Below, in pieces: positions 38,548 to 50,000 of a stretch of 64,000 nucleotides of DNA. Each line of letters opens with the position of its first letter. The first letter of the stretch is position 1. The notes beneath the pieces were generated by a model. The model ran no database searches and was not told the DNA's origin. It worked only from the letters and a program-made list of their open reading frames with translations. Source of the stretch: Owenia fusiformis (taxonomy: Eukaryota); contig CAIIXF020000001.1 of the NCBI GenBank assembly GCA_903813345.2, positions 48,794,001 to 48,858,000 on the forward strand, given 5' to 3'. Both the position numbers and the translations under genes were made by a program.

Positions 38548-39044
38548 ATAATGATAAAACAGTGCATTACGAGTACAGAAAGGAATCGAATAGGATATAA
38601 TCCGTGTGGCACTGACTCACCATCATGATAAACCATGACATCTCATTTGATAAACCATGACATCTCGTTTCTTCTCAGTCCTTCAGGTGAAACAGAAAGA
38701 TGCTATGAGTATCAGAATGCTGGCTCACCCTTTACTTTAGTATTTTCAGAAGCACATATATTCATCTTTTGATTGTCCAAAAATCAATTTTAGAAGTTCA
38801 TTTTATGGTTTTATCAATCGTTTTGACATCAACATTTTAAGTCTGTGGTATAGCAAAAGTAGGCGGGGTATATATCATTGGAAAGCCCACTATCCTGTTT
38901 GGTTGAATAATTTTTTCTGTTCTTTAAATTCATTTCGAAATCCGATGCTTGTAGTATTATACCTTTAGTGTTCTGTCCCCAGTTCTTTAAGACCTGTGCT
39001 CTTGTATAAATATTATTACCTATTAGGTGTGTCAATAAGAATCA

Positions 39045-39425
39045 TTATAACATACTATGATGATGTATAGTGCAAAGTGTACACAAAACAGCGGGCCAAT
39101 ACAAGTTTTGAAAAGCCCGCGCCCGCCAACTTTCTGATTGGTCAAGGCGCTGACGTCATAACCAATCAATCAATGATAAAACTGCGCGAGCAATTTTTCT
39201 AAACTCATTTCAATCATTTTCAAACAAATTTGTTTGTCAATTCTGTAAGAAAACGGAACTCTCTGACCAGTCTACATCATCATAGGTATGTTATAAATCG
39301 TCTATGTCACTATCGTGGCACATATGCCCTCGGTTCTCAGAGATCAATGTCCCTCCCAAGGTCATGAAGGTCGGGCCATATATCACTGAGACCTCGGGCA
39401 TATATGCCACGATAGTGACATAACC
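39045..39425. repeat. Double-palindrome element
   Basis: TTATAACATAC.ATGATGATGTA / TACATCATCATAGGTATGTTATAA, followed by TATGTCACTATCGTGGCA.ATATGCCC / GGGCATAT.TGCCACGATAGTGACATA. Confidence 0.8.
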
Positions 39426-40478
39426 TCTAAATATTATTTTGTATTTTGTACAGTTGCCATTTGTGCTACATACACTGGGGTATTAATAATTTATGATGCA
39501 TCAAGATGGCCAGCCTTCCGGTGATAGATTTTCGAAATGTATTTATTTTCCCAATTTAAACTTATTTTATATTGGACGAGTGTCTCAATATTCGTATTCG
39601 TGCAGTTAGGGCAAGATCTATAGTTCCAAAATATTTTATTAGTATTCATCTAGCATCATAAAGAAGCGATAAATTCACAGTTTTAGTTCCTCGCTTTTCA
39701 TGCAAAAACACCAAACCGAAGCTGCAAAAATACCATTCTATGTTTTGTTTAATTTCAAAAGAATGGATCAGATTAATTAGATTGGTGAAATTGTACTTTC
39801 AATTCAAGACTACAGATTCAGACTTTTTATTTACGTAAAAGTACTCTACTTTTCAAAATATATGAAATAAAATATGTTGTTCAAAAAAGTAAAACACTAT
39901 ATGTACTTGACATGTTAAGACCAATTTACGTGTCACTTAAATATCCTATAATATTCATGTACCATTTAATTAGGATGAATTGAAAATTGTGTACTTCTAT
40001 TTTCGAATGCCCCATAGCATTTTTATTAAATGTTGTATTCTCTTTCACTTTTTATTCATTAAGTAAACTCAACATGATTAATGTAAGTGACGCACTTTTC
40101 AAATACACCTTATAGGTTAATATGAACTTTTTCATCAGACATAGAATTATAAAAATAAGCGGGATCTAGTTTTTGTAATCGATCCGATCCTTTTATTGTG
40201 TAAATGTGATGAAGCAATAGCGTTGGGTTTGGGATAAAAGCCTTTTAAACAACAATGCGAACGTGAAAGCTGGTTTGTGTTACTCGTTTAAATATGAATA
40301 CTTAAAGATGAATGTTGAACCAATGGGAAAGCAGTCGAACTGGTATAAGTGAATAAGGGAGGCCAAATCAGGTACAAATATAGAACGAATGAGTAATGTA
40401 TGCACACGTTAAGTACTTGTGTTTACATTTGTGACACGATCGTGAAAAAACTTTCTATGAATCAAAGTGACTCGGAAA

Positions 40479-41939
40479 ATGGCAGTTGCAGCGGAGGGGA
40501 AGGAGAGATTTGCGTGGAATATGGTGAAATGGAGTGACAATTCAGTACATTTGAGAGAGGTGGCAAGGTATCCAATGCCAAGCATTTTCAAGATTATCAA
40601 AGGACAGTATCGGAACATAGGTGTGGCGAAATCAGTCTATAGCGAGTTGTTTATACATTCTGTCAGGACGACAACAAAGGTTTTAGCAGAATGCGTTAAG
40701 GTTAAGGAGGGCTTTAAAGCTGTCCCCACGGATCCAAAGCTATCCATCCCCACAACCTATCAGGGATGGTTCGAACTTCTCTCCGAGGATGGCCGAGCAA
40801 CAAAGCCATTTAAAACTGTCAAGGAATTAGCAAAAAGTTTTCCCAATAGCTGTCTGGTAAGAGAAACAATTGATGTCTATATTACATCAGAAAATGGAGA
40901 TATAACGTTTGAAAGCACACGAACTGTGCTTGCCGGTGAGACCCTTACGCTAGTGGGGGACATTACAGTGCCAAAATCATCTGGGAAAGGATCGAGTGTT
41001 AAATTAAGATTACTCCGTTGTTTCGATTCAAAAGGAGAGAGTGTATACTTGAACTTTGAACAAAAAGGCTTGTTTAGTCCAATAGCTGGTAAAGCCAATA
41101 TTGCTGGTGTCCACAACTTGAAAGGCATCCTAGAGAAATTCCGTCTCCCTGTGACTGTAAGGCTGGCCCACGGTCATGTTCCGAGCAGAGTAGAGAAAAC
41201 TTCATTTACAGGGGCATTCCGACTCCTTCAAGTATATACCGATGAAACTGCATTTGTCTGCCCTGTTGAACCACAGACTAAGATGGTTCCAATCTCTACA
41301 AGAGAGGCCTTAAAACTAGTCATCGCTACCAACATTGACGATATAAAGGGCACGAGAGAATTCTCTCAAGTAAAACATCGATGTAATAAAATGCTCAATA
41401 GTTATTTGAACAGTATTCATATTTTAGTCGATATACCTGAGTTGAAAACTAGAAGGGAGGAGTATAAGATAGAACAGCTTCACCACACGACTAAAAACAC
41501 TTCAAAACTTACCCCCGAAGAAGAGGACATTCTGTTTCAAGAGGTGGATGATCTCTATAGTTACGTAAGAGAGGGAGGTCCCTTGCCCCCGAGGCCAAGG
41601 GCTGAGGGTGCCTCTAAGGACTATACGGACTGGTGGGAAGAACCGGCCTACGAGAGTTTGGATCAATTTCAAACGCAAAAAACTAACGAAGATGACAACG
41701 GCGGTAAAAAAGTTTACCATTTCAGTGATCCAAATCCTAAGGGTAGATCTCTATCATTTGTCAAGGATGAACCTGTTGATCCTGCAAAAAAGTCCCAAGA
41801 GATTGATTTACCGTATTCAACGTCATCGTCTGACCCTCCGCCCGTCCCTCCAAAACGATTTGATAGTATCATAGACAAAAAGAACAATAGCCCCACTCTT
41901 AATGGTAAGAAACGCCCAACAGGATCAACAAATTCTTGA
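40479..41939 (+). CDS. CABIT-domain adaptor protein (GAREM/THEMIS/Serrano-like), single ORF, about 486 aa
   Basis: The N-terminal 300 aa follow the CABIT pattern (WS...L...YPMPSIFKIIKGQY...LFIHSVRTTTKVLA...LSIPTTYQGWFELL...FKTVKELAKSFP..CLVRE...KFRLPVTVRL). The low-complexity tail carries PLPPRPR, PPPVPPKR and tyrosine motifs. First ATG is at 40479. Confidence 0.82.
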   Translation: MAVAAEGKERFAWNMVKWSDNSVHLREVARYPMPSIFKIIKGQYRNIGVAKSVYSELFIHSVRTTTKVLAECVKVKEGFKAVPTDPKLSIPTTYQGWFELLSEDGRATKPFKTVKELAKSFPNSCLVRETIDVYITSENGDITFESTRTVLAGETLTLVGDITVPKSSGKGSSVKLRLLRCFDSKGESVYLNFEQKGLFSPIAGKANIAGVHNLKGILEKFRLPVTVRLAHGHVPSRVEKTSFTGAFRLLQVYTDETAFVCPVEPQTKMVPISTREALKLVIATNIDDIKGTREFSQVKHRCNKMLNSYLNSIHILVDIPELKTRREEYKIEQLHHTTKNTSKLTPEEEDILFQEVDDLYSYVREGGPLPPRPRAEGASKDYTDWWEEPAYESLDQFQTQKTNEDDNGGKKVYHFSDPNPKGRSLSFVKDEPVDPAKKSQEIDLPYSTSSSDPPPVPPKRFDSIIDKKNNSPTLNGKKRPTGSTNS

Positions 41940-44725
41940 CAAGCGATCATTTAGATGCAGTACAGTCGTGCTATGATATGCGATGTCGCGGACCTGCCGA
42001 GTATGATTGCAAATCAGAAAATCCCAAATCACGAAATCACAGGGTCACCTACAGCGTATATTGGACGACTATGGTTGTACAAGAATTTAGAATGCTTAAG
42101 GAATTCGGGAATGACTTTACTTGGATAAAATCATTCAGATATTTATTAAAATTCAAATGTATCATATAAATTCATGAGGAACACTCCCTGTATGAATTCA
42201 ACATTCCACTTTTCCATGCAGTATTTGCTTTCTAAAATTGTAAATTATGCATGAAAAATCATTACGGGCTCCCTACGTACATTTTATTCATATCACACCA
42301 TGTAATAATTCACACTCCGTAATCCTCTTTTTAATATAACATCATACCATATCAAATCTCTGCCAACTATCTGTTTGAATAAAGACTAAACTGTTATTTG
42401 TTGTAACAGGTTTATTGAACATGGTGATCAATCAAAGGACTGACTTTGTGTTTGCTTTACACACCTTTGCTGGCAAAGACATCACTGAGGGTCTAGATGA
42501 CCTATAATAAGAAATGGAATATGATCGTATACTGTGTATATAATATAATCATTCATCTTCTGTGAAGAATCATTGTGAATGATATGACATCGTCATACAC
42601 TGGTAACGCTTTGTAGTTAAAAAGAAATGACTGAAAATAGATATTGATAGAGTTGTCGGCAGGATAGTCAAATACAAGAAAATCCAGACACTACATCTGA
42701 TCATCTGTGAATGAACTGTGTGTAAAATAGAATAATTTTGGGTAGACATCAACATTTAAATCAATGAGATCGCGATGACATAGATTTTGGTTATAAATAA
42801 ACAGAACTCTGCCAGTCTGACATTACTAAATGAAATGATACAACCTTTCACAAATAATAAAATAAATTATTATTGACAATTAATGATGAAATAAATGTAA
42901 AACGAACACTTCAACATAACTTTGTCATTGTTAGCATTTGTGTTTTAACAACGTATGGGAAATCGCCTGCAACTACATTTGGGATTGTCCTAATTGTCAT
43001 TGCACGTTTTCTGTCAATAACAATGGAATGAATATAAACTTAGGTAAAATGAGAAATTATTTGAGTGACAAAGAACATGTCCTTATCTGGAAATAGGATC
43101 TTATTCGCCAGTCGCTAGTGTATCAAGTCCCCCTCCCATTTATAACATCTTCCTAAGCAGATATCCAGAATCCGTACCTCCTTCCCCGGGGTTTAAAGAA
43201 AGAATATTCTGAATTTTGAAGCTCTTGTGATCGGAGGATGATTTATAACGTTGTGAACGATTTTAAGCACAAGCACGGATGTCTTGTATTAGACTTTCAA
43301 TGAGAGCCAGAGTTAAAAGGATAGAGTACAAGGCATGAGTGTATTAGATCATCCACAGATCATTGAGCCATTATACTTAAATTAATATTATTTCTTTATG
43401 TCCTCCGAGTCTCCATAATGTCACAAAAATATTTAATGGAATAGATGGCAGTTTGGTATTATTCTGCTTCAAAAAACACTCAAAAGACACAGGCTCATAA
43501 GTTAGGGGTGATATTCACTGAATTCCAGTTAAGATTGGTAAACTGGAATTTTAATCAAGTTATTTCCCTCTTATTTCTCAAGCACAAGGGGATAGATGTT
43601 TTTGAATGGGTAAAAGTGAACAAGGAATATTTGTCTGGATATGATTGCATGTTTATTACATAGATACAATTATTTTACTCCACTGTTACAAAATATATTT
43701 TCTCTGTAAATCTATATCTTTTCTCTATTGATATCCTTGTCTGATGACAATTTTGATGATTTTTGATGAATATCTTACACTATAATACTTTAAAGTGCAC
43801 ATAACATACAATTAGCAACTAGACAAACGTATGGTACATGTAGTTTGTGAAGTATTATTAATAAAAAACAGGGGAATGTTATGATAAAAAATAAAACTCT
43901 AAATTAGAACAGTACAGTAAAACCTGTCTAATCCATACACCACTTAGACCAACCAAGTCAATAGGAGGTTAAAAATGGGACCAACAAAAGTGTTCATATT
44001 AGAGAGGTGTTTGAACAAACAGGTGTAACTGTGTAGTTTTGTTTTAATTTTATAAATGGTGTCAAGTTACAACACTTAAATTGGATTTGAATGAAATCCA
44101 GGGCAGGATTTTACAATCTAAAGGAAATATGCATTCAAAAACTCATACCTGTCAATAGCAATCTTTTTCAAATGTTTTTTTTAATCATTTGAGTCAGTGT
44201 GTCAATAACACTGATATCTACATCATAAAAACAAAAGTTATATAAATACAAACACTAGAATTGTTCAATGTAAGAAGGGAATACAACCAGCTCGTATCCA
44301 ATTATATTTTATATCCTGAATACGTTTAAAAAACTATAAATTGAAGGTTGAACTTTTTACCTTTTTGTTGATATTCCATTTATTTTGATTTCCTATTTAC
44401 AACTGTACAGCTCATTGCTTTATTCTTGGCCCCATATATCATCCAATGCATGTGATGGAATTAATAATCAAGACAACATCCTGGTTTAATGCCATGCAAA
44501 GATTTTTCTTAAATAATTTTTCTACATTTTAAAGTCACTTCATGCTGGGATAAGCATACTTACAAAATCATTTTAAAATACATGTAAAGAAGACTCGTAC
44601 TATCTTTTGCTAATTTCAACTCCTAAATTGCAGATTCTATTCTGTTAGTCTCGGAAAGACATTACAGCAATTATGCTTAGTTTAGTGGTGTGAACCTCCA
44701 CAATTTTGCCAATTCTGTACCTGAT

Positions 44726-44925
44726 AACGCTCATGGGGAGTAAGTCACCCCTCCCTCTTATATTCTGTATATTGGAGGAGGGGTGACTAACTCCCCGTGA
44801 TTACGTTCTAGAATCAATTTCTCGAATAACTATAGCTTCAGCCATCTTTATGCAGATGAGTAATATTTAGTATTGCATATCAAATATAAAGAATATAAGA
44901 GGGAGGGGTGACTTACTCCCAATGT
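44726..44925. repeat. Palindromic element
   Basis: GGGAGTAAGTCACCCCTCCCTCTTATATTCT has two inverted partners, at about 44775-44797 and 44891-44920. Confidence 0.75.
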
Positions 44926-47038
44926 CTTTATACTACAAATGAAAGAAACGCTTATCATTCACAGTTCACAATGACATTGTACAAACAAATCACATGAAAA
45001 CATTTTGTACTCTGATACAACGTGTATGTTCACAAAAAGGTAATGAATGAATGAGTAATTCTTAAAATCGCGGATTCGGTAGTATTGAATCTCTAATAAA
45101 GATGGCGCGAAAGTTTTTCCTTATAAGGTCAAAATATTTCCCATGATGCAGTTCGCGGGGGAACAAAATTTTTCTACCTTGTTTTTTCCCGTTGGTTTAA
45201 CATGGGGATTTTCATACCCATTTTTCAAGCGATATTTTCGATCGAATCTCCATGCGATCGGAGAAAACAAACTATCAGAAACAATTAGTCTTTTAATAAT
45301 CTTTATATAACATATATTTTTTTTCATTTTATTGGCTCCTAACGGGGTGAAAACAATGATTGAAAATGGGAGTATATTCCGGAAGAGAAGAAGTCACGTG
45401 ACTAGTCGCCATATTGGAAAAAGCAATTCCATTCGACTTTCAACACGTTCATGCCAATATTACCGCACTACAAACTGTAACATCGATGCAACAACTGAAT
45501 AAAAGTACTCATCTTCATATTACATTATAGAGTTACGTTGAAAACCCACAAACAACTGAGCATTTGACCAAAGAAGACACGTCGCTATTATCTAGGTCAA
45601 GTTTAGTGGTTCGAAAGCAAATCTTACATACTCGTTTCCGAATTTTGTTGTTAATTGTATAATCTTTTATTGATTAAATCTGGTATACTGACTATTAATT
45701 CAATGACAAAGAAGAAGAATTCCGATGGTGTCATTTTTTTATTTAGCTTGCGGGTGTAAAAACAAAATTGCGTAATTAATTTGATTTAGAACTTTCGGGT
45801 CTCACAAATAGCTACACGAAATGCATCGTTGAAAAATATTGACCAATCAAATTTTGTCCTTTTTGAGTACATATATGCACCATATATGCGAACGTTCTGA
45901 TTCAAAGAGCGAACAGCGAAATGGAGAATTGAATGATCTTTTGAAGTTTTAAGCTAATGTTTACTGTGTACAACATACAATTTAAAATTTGAGATCTCAG
46001 TAGGGTACCATGGCAAAATTTCTAAGAATTTTACTTGAAATCCTGCCATGCAGAAAACATATATGCAGTATAATATTTGTAAGAGGAAGTATAAAATATT
46101 TTTGAACTTGCTACCATCTTTTCAAAACATCAATATGATTCCTTAATTTATGCACAATGAACAATATACACAATGTTGTGTCATGTAAAACTACCTTCTT
46201 ATGGATAGTCCTGCATCTGTATATCCCCCCCCAATATCTGATTCCCTTCCAGAATTGGGTTTGAAGGCTTGGAGCAAGACTATCTTCAACAATATTGATT
46301 TGCTAATCAGCCAGCACTGGGCTTGCTAAAGATATGATAAGACTTCACCCTATTATATGTATGACATAAAGCGTGTTCACTGTTCAAAGTTCAGCTTAAA
46401 TTCAACTATGGATTTTAAGTGATTGGCAAAGATGTTCAGGTCAATTAATCATTTGGGCTTTTCAGATTTAATAGTCCATGTCTATGCTATGATTATTGAC
46501 CTTTAGTGATGTGTCTCAATACTAAATTCTGATATTTCAATGTCTCATTACATGTATGTACCAGGTAATAATATGATATTCTCCACTAAAAGCATCTGCT
46601 TTACTAGTTCATTCATATTATTTAGAGACTCTTTTCCATCAAATGTTGAAATCCTCCAAGTTTGGATTCCATTTTTCTATTGCCTTTCTAGCCCATGATT
46701 GTATTGTCATTGCTCCCATTATTGTATACAGCCCCATTGACATATGGAAAGAAATTGGCCTGACACAAATCATGTGGCAATGAATTATACACTAGTTTTA
46801 GTGGATGTTTATGTTCATAAGTCTCCATTATCTCCATCTCGATCATGTGATACAACTTAAAGTCTTCATTCAGCTCAATGTAAGAGTCACATGATGAAAG
46901 ATGAAGTTTGAAAAGTTTCACTGCCATCTGATTCAAAGGATTTGATTTTTCTCCTTCCTGATGGAGTACAAGTTTGATTCAACATCTATTAGTCACATGT
47001 TTGAATTAACTTTGTTTTAAGCGTTTCCTTGGAGACAT

Positions 47039-50000
47039 TTATTTTTCCCATAATGCAGTACGTCCTCCCATCTTAGGTTTGACACTTTGTGTCTGGTCTT
47101 TATTTGCCTTTAAAGCTTGTTCACTTGCTAACCTGAAAACAAAGTGAAAACTTGATTAAACACAGATAGCTTTAACGAACAATTACAATAAACAAAAAAC
47201 AATAAATTAACTATATGATTATTGATGTATCTAATGTGCAAACACAAAAATTCTGTAATCTTGTATTTGAGATAATACAGTCTCTTAAAGCTTTAAGGAA
47301 AAATGGTTGAAGTAATAAAAGAAAATGCTTTATTTAAAAAATGAAACAGTGATAACTGATGTAAGGAACATTTTAAGACAAAGCAATGTACCAATGGTAC
47401 AAGAATCAAAGAGGTGAATTATTAGCAAATTATTTTATTTATTCTCCCCATTCTGATACTCATAGCATCTTTCTGTTTCACCTGAGAAGATTTGAGATGG
47501 CATCATTTATCATGATGATTCTCCCTGCCATATTTCTGTTCTAGTAATGATTGTTTTTCCACTTTTTACAAGACATTTTTGATTTTGACATATTCCTTAT
47601 AAAATTCCATTGTAATATTAAAACAAATTTTTAATTTTAATTTTGTAAAATGTTATGCCTTAGGCTGCAGGTAGCTCTAATGTTTAGCATGTTTAAAATG
47701 ATGAATAGAAACTGCTACTGAAAAGTTACCTGAACAACAAATAATTAAATGTAATAAAAATAGATGTCACCTAAAGTGTTTCTGCTGATGCGATGTATTG
47801 GAATATATTTATTTTATTTAGTAGAAGTAGAAGTACAATTCTATTTCAAAAAATCAGACTTATATCAGAACACCAATGACAAAATGAAAAAATATTGACG
47901 TTAGTGTCAGCTGTACATCCACTCATTTTGATTGAATTATAAGGGACAGATGAAAAATCTTGAAAGCAATCTTTTTAAAAACCATGCCAGTGTTCCCTTT
48001 GCAATCCTCATTTTATCTGTGAAAAAAAAGAATTGAAATGTCTAATCATATATAATAATATATAAAAGTCATTGGAGATTGAAGATACAGAAATGTCAAA
48101 ATCATTAAAATTGAAATAAAATCCTAAATGTTGAACCTATTATTTCTATCAGATATATAATGAGAGAAAACGTTTTTTCATAGCTCACAACTGTTTCTCT
48201 CTGTTCTATGCTTTTTAATGTGCAGTTTTGGCAAATGAAAGTTTTGTACAGAAGTTCATGCATTTTTGAACATTAAAGGTAGAAATGCATCTGGGAAGTT
48301 TATACCTCCCTTATTTGATAAGGCATAAAACTTGGAGTATTTGAACCTCCTGTTACTTCACCTTGCTTCAGCCTCCTTTTTCTCCAAAATTGCCCTCTTC
48401 CAGGCTGGCACTCCTTTGTACTTATTTTCCTCCTCCTCTTGCTGGTTAGGATTAGAAAGCAGATATTAGAATTAGAAAGCCAATATGTTAATAATCAGAA
48501 AGCTGCAAAATGTTAGTGTGCTTTAAGGTAGTCAAATCAGAGGAGTAAGGGTTACTAGCTTTATTGAAGTTTGATGTAGTAAGATAGATAAACTGGCTTC
48601 AACGGTATCAAAGACAAAAAAGTTTGTTGTATTTAGTTTAACAATTATGTTTGCAAAGAATTAAATCATTAGAAGTAGATTACATTATTGTAACTCTAAA
48701 TCATTACTAGTTCTTCAGTGGTGATTGGTCTACATTGGTCTAGTAAAACCTTTCTAAGTGGAACACCTTTGGTACCTTTAAAAATGTTCCACTTGTGAGG
48801 TGTTCCCCTTAAAAGGGTTCATTTAACATTGAGTCAGTTGGTCTTGGAACACGGAATAGTGTTCCACTGACAGAGGTGTTTCACTTTCACAAATATAGGT
48901 TAGGCAGATGCCTCCAGAATCCTGAATTTCATGTGCTTATATGTGCCTGATACAGACCCTATTGTTAGGTTAAAATAACAAAGATAAAATGCCTAAATGG
49001 TCATGCAGCCCCCCCCCCCCTCACTCATCAGTGATTCAGCTATAAATCACTCAACTGTACCATGCTGACATTATAAAACCAATCAGAGCCACTCTTATAT
49101 ATTTATTGGTAACTGTTCAAATCATTCCCAAGACAAGTCATACCCAAGACAACTCGTACCCAAGACAACTTGTACCCCAGTACATGTTTTGAATCAAGTG
49201 TTGGACTGGGATTTACATATTATAATTGTTACATACTGTTCAGAATAGTTTGAAGTATGTAGAGTTTTTGAAAGAAATAGATTTCATTTTTTGACATTTT
49301 GAGCTTTGAAAATATGATATAAAATCAATGGAGATCATATATAAGAAAAATTGTGGCTCTGCAATGAATAGTTCTGATTGACTCCTACTTGTTAAGATAA
49401 AGAGCTATTAAAGTGTGTGAGACAAAGTCAAAAACTCCTTCTAAGGTTATAAACACAGATATACATATGACCCAGAGCAGGCATGACCATTTTGACATTC
49501 TGAAGCATGCAAAACAGAGTAAGATCCACAATCCCACTGAACCATTTTTAGTCTCTAATCAACATCAGGTCAGTGAAAGGCCACTTTTGCAAGTATACTC
49601 CACAGCAGCCTGGTAGGAGATAAAGCATCGCTTGCATCAAAATAGTTTTGTACAAATCCTTGTACACTAAACAAGTGCACAAGACTAGTGTTAACCTCAA
49701 TAATGAAGTTCAACCCAAGGAAATTCTCACCTTTTTTCTGACTTCAGCCTCTACCTTGGCCTTCTCTGCCATTGTTTTGGCCATCATTTGCCTCTTCCAT
49801 GCTGGGATCTCTTTACCTCCTGCATCAACTGTGGGCACCTGGTCCAAGAAATCCCTTGCATTGAAGCTACCTGGGGGAGGAGGCTTTGTGTTTGTCTGAG
49901 GAACCTTTGTAATTGTCTACAATCAAATACCTTCAATCATTTTTTTGTATAATTAAACAAGAAGATTTGTATACCAGTTATATGGTATACTCAGAAATCA

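Noticed and set aside
46688..46936. 82-aa minus-strand ORF
   Set aside because: Lies in the presumed espin 3' UTR, has a non-ATG start and no recognisable motif.
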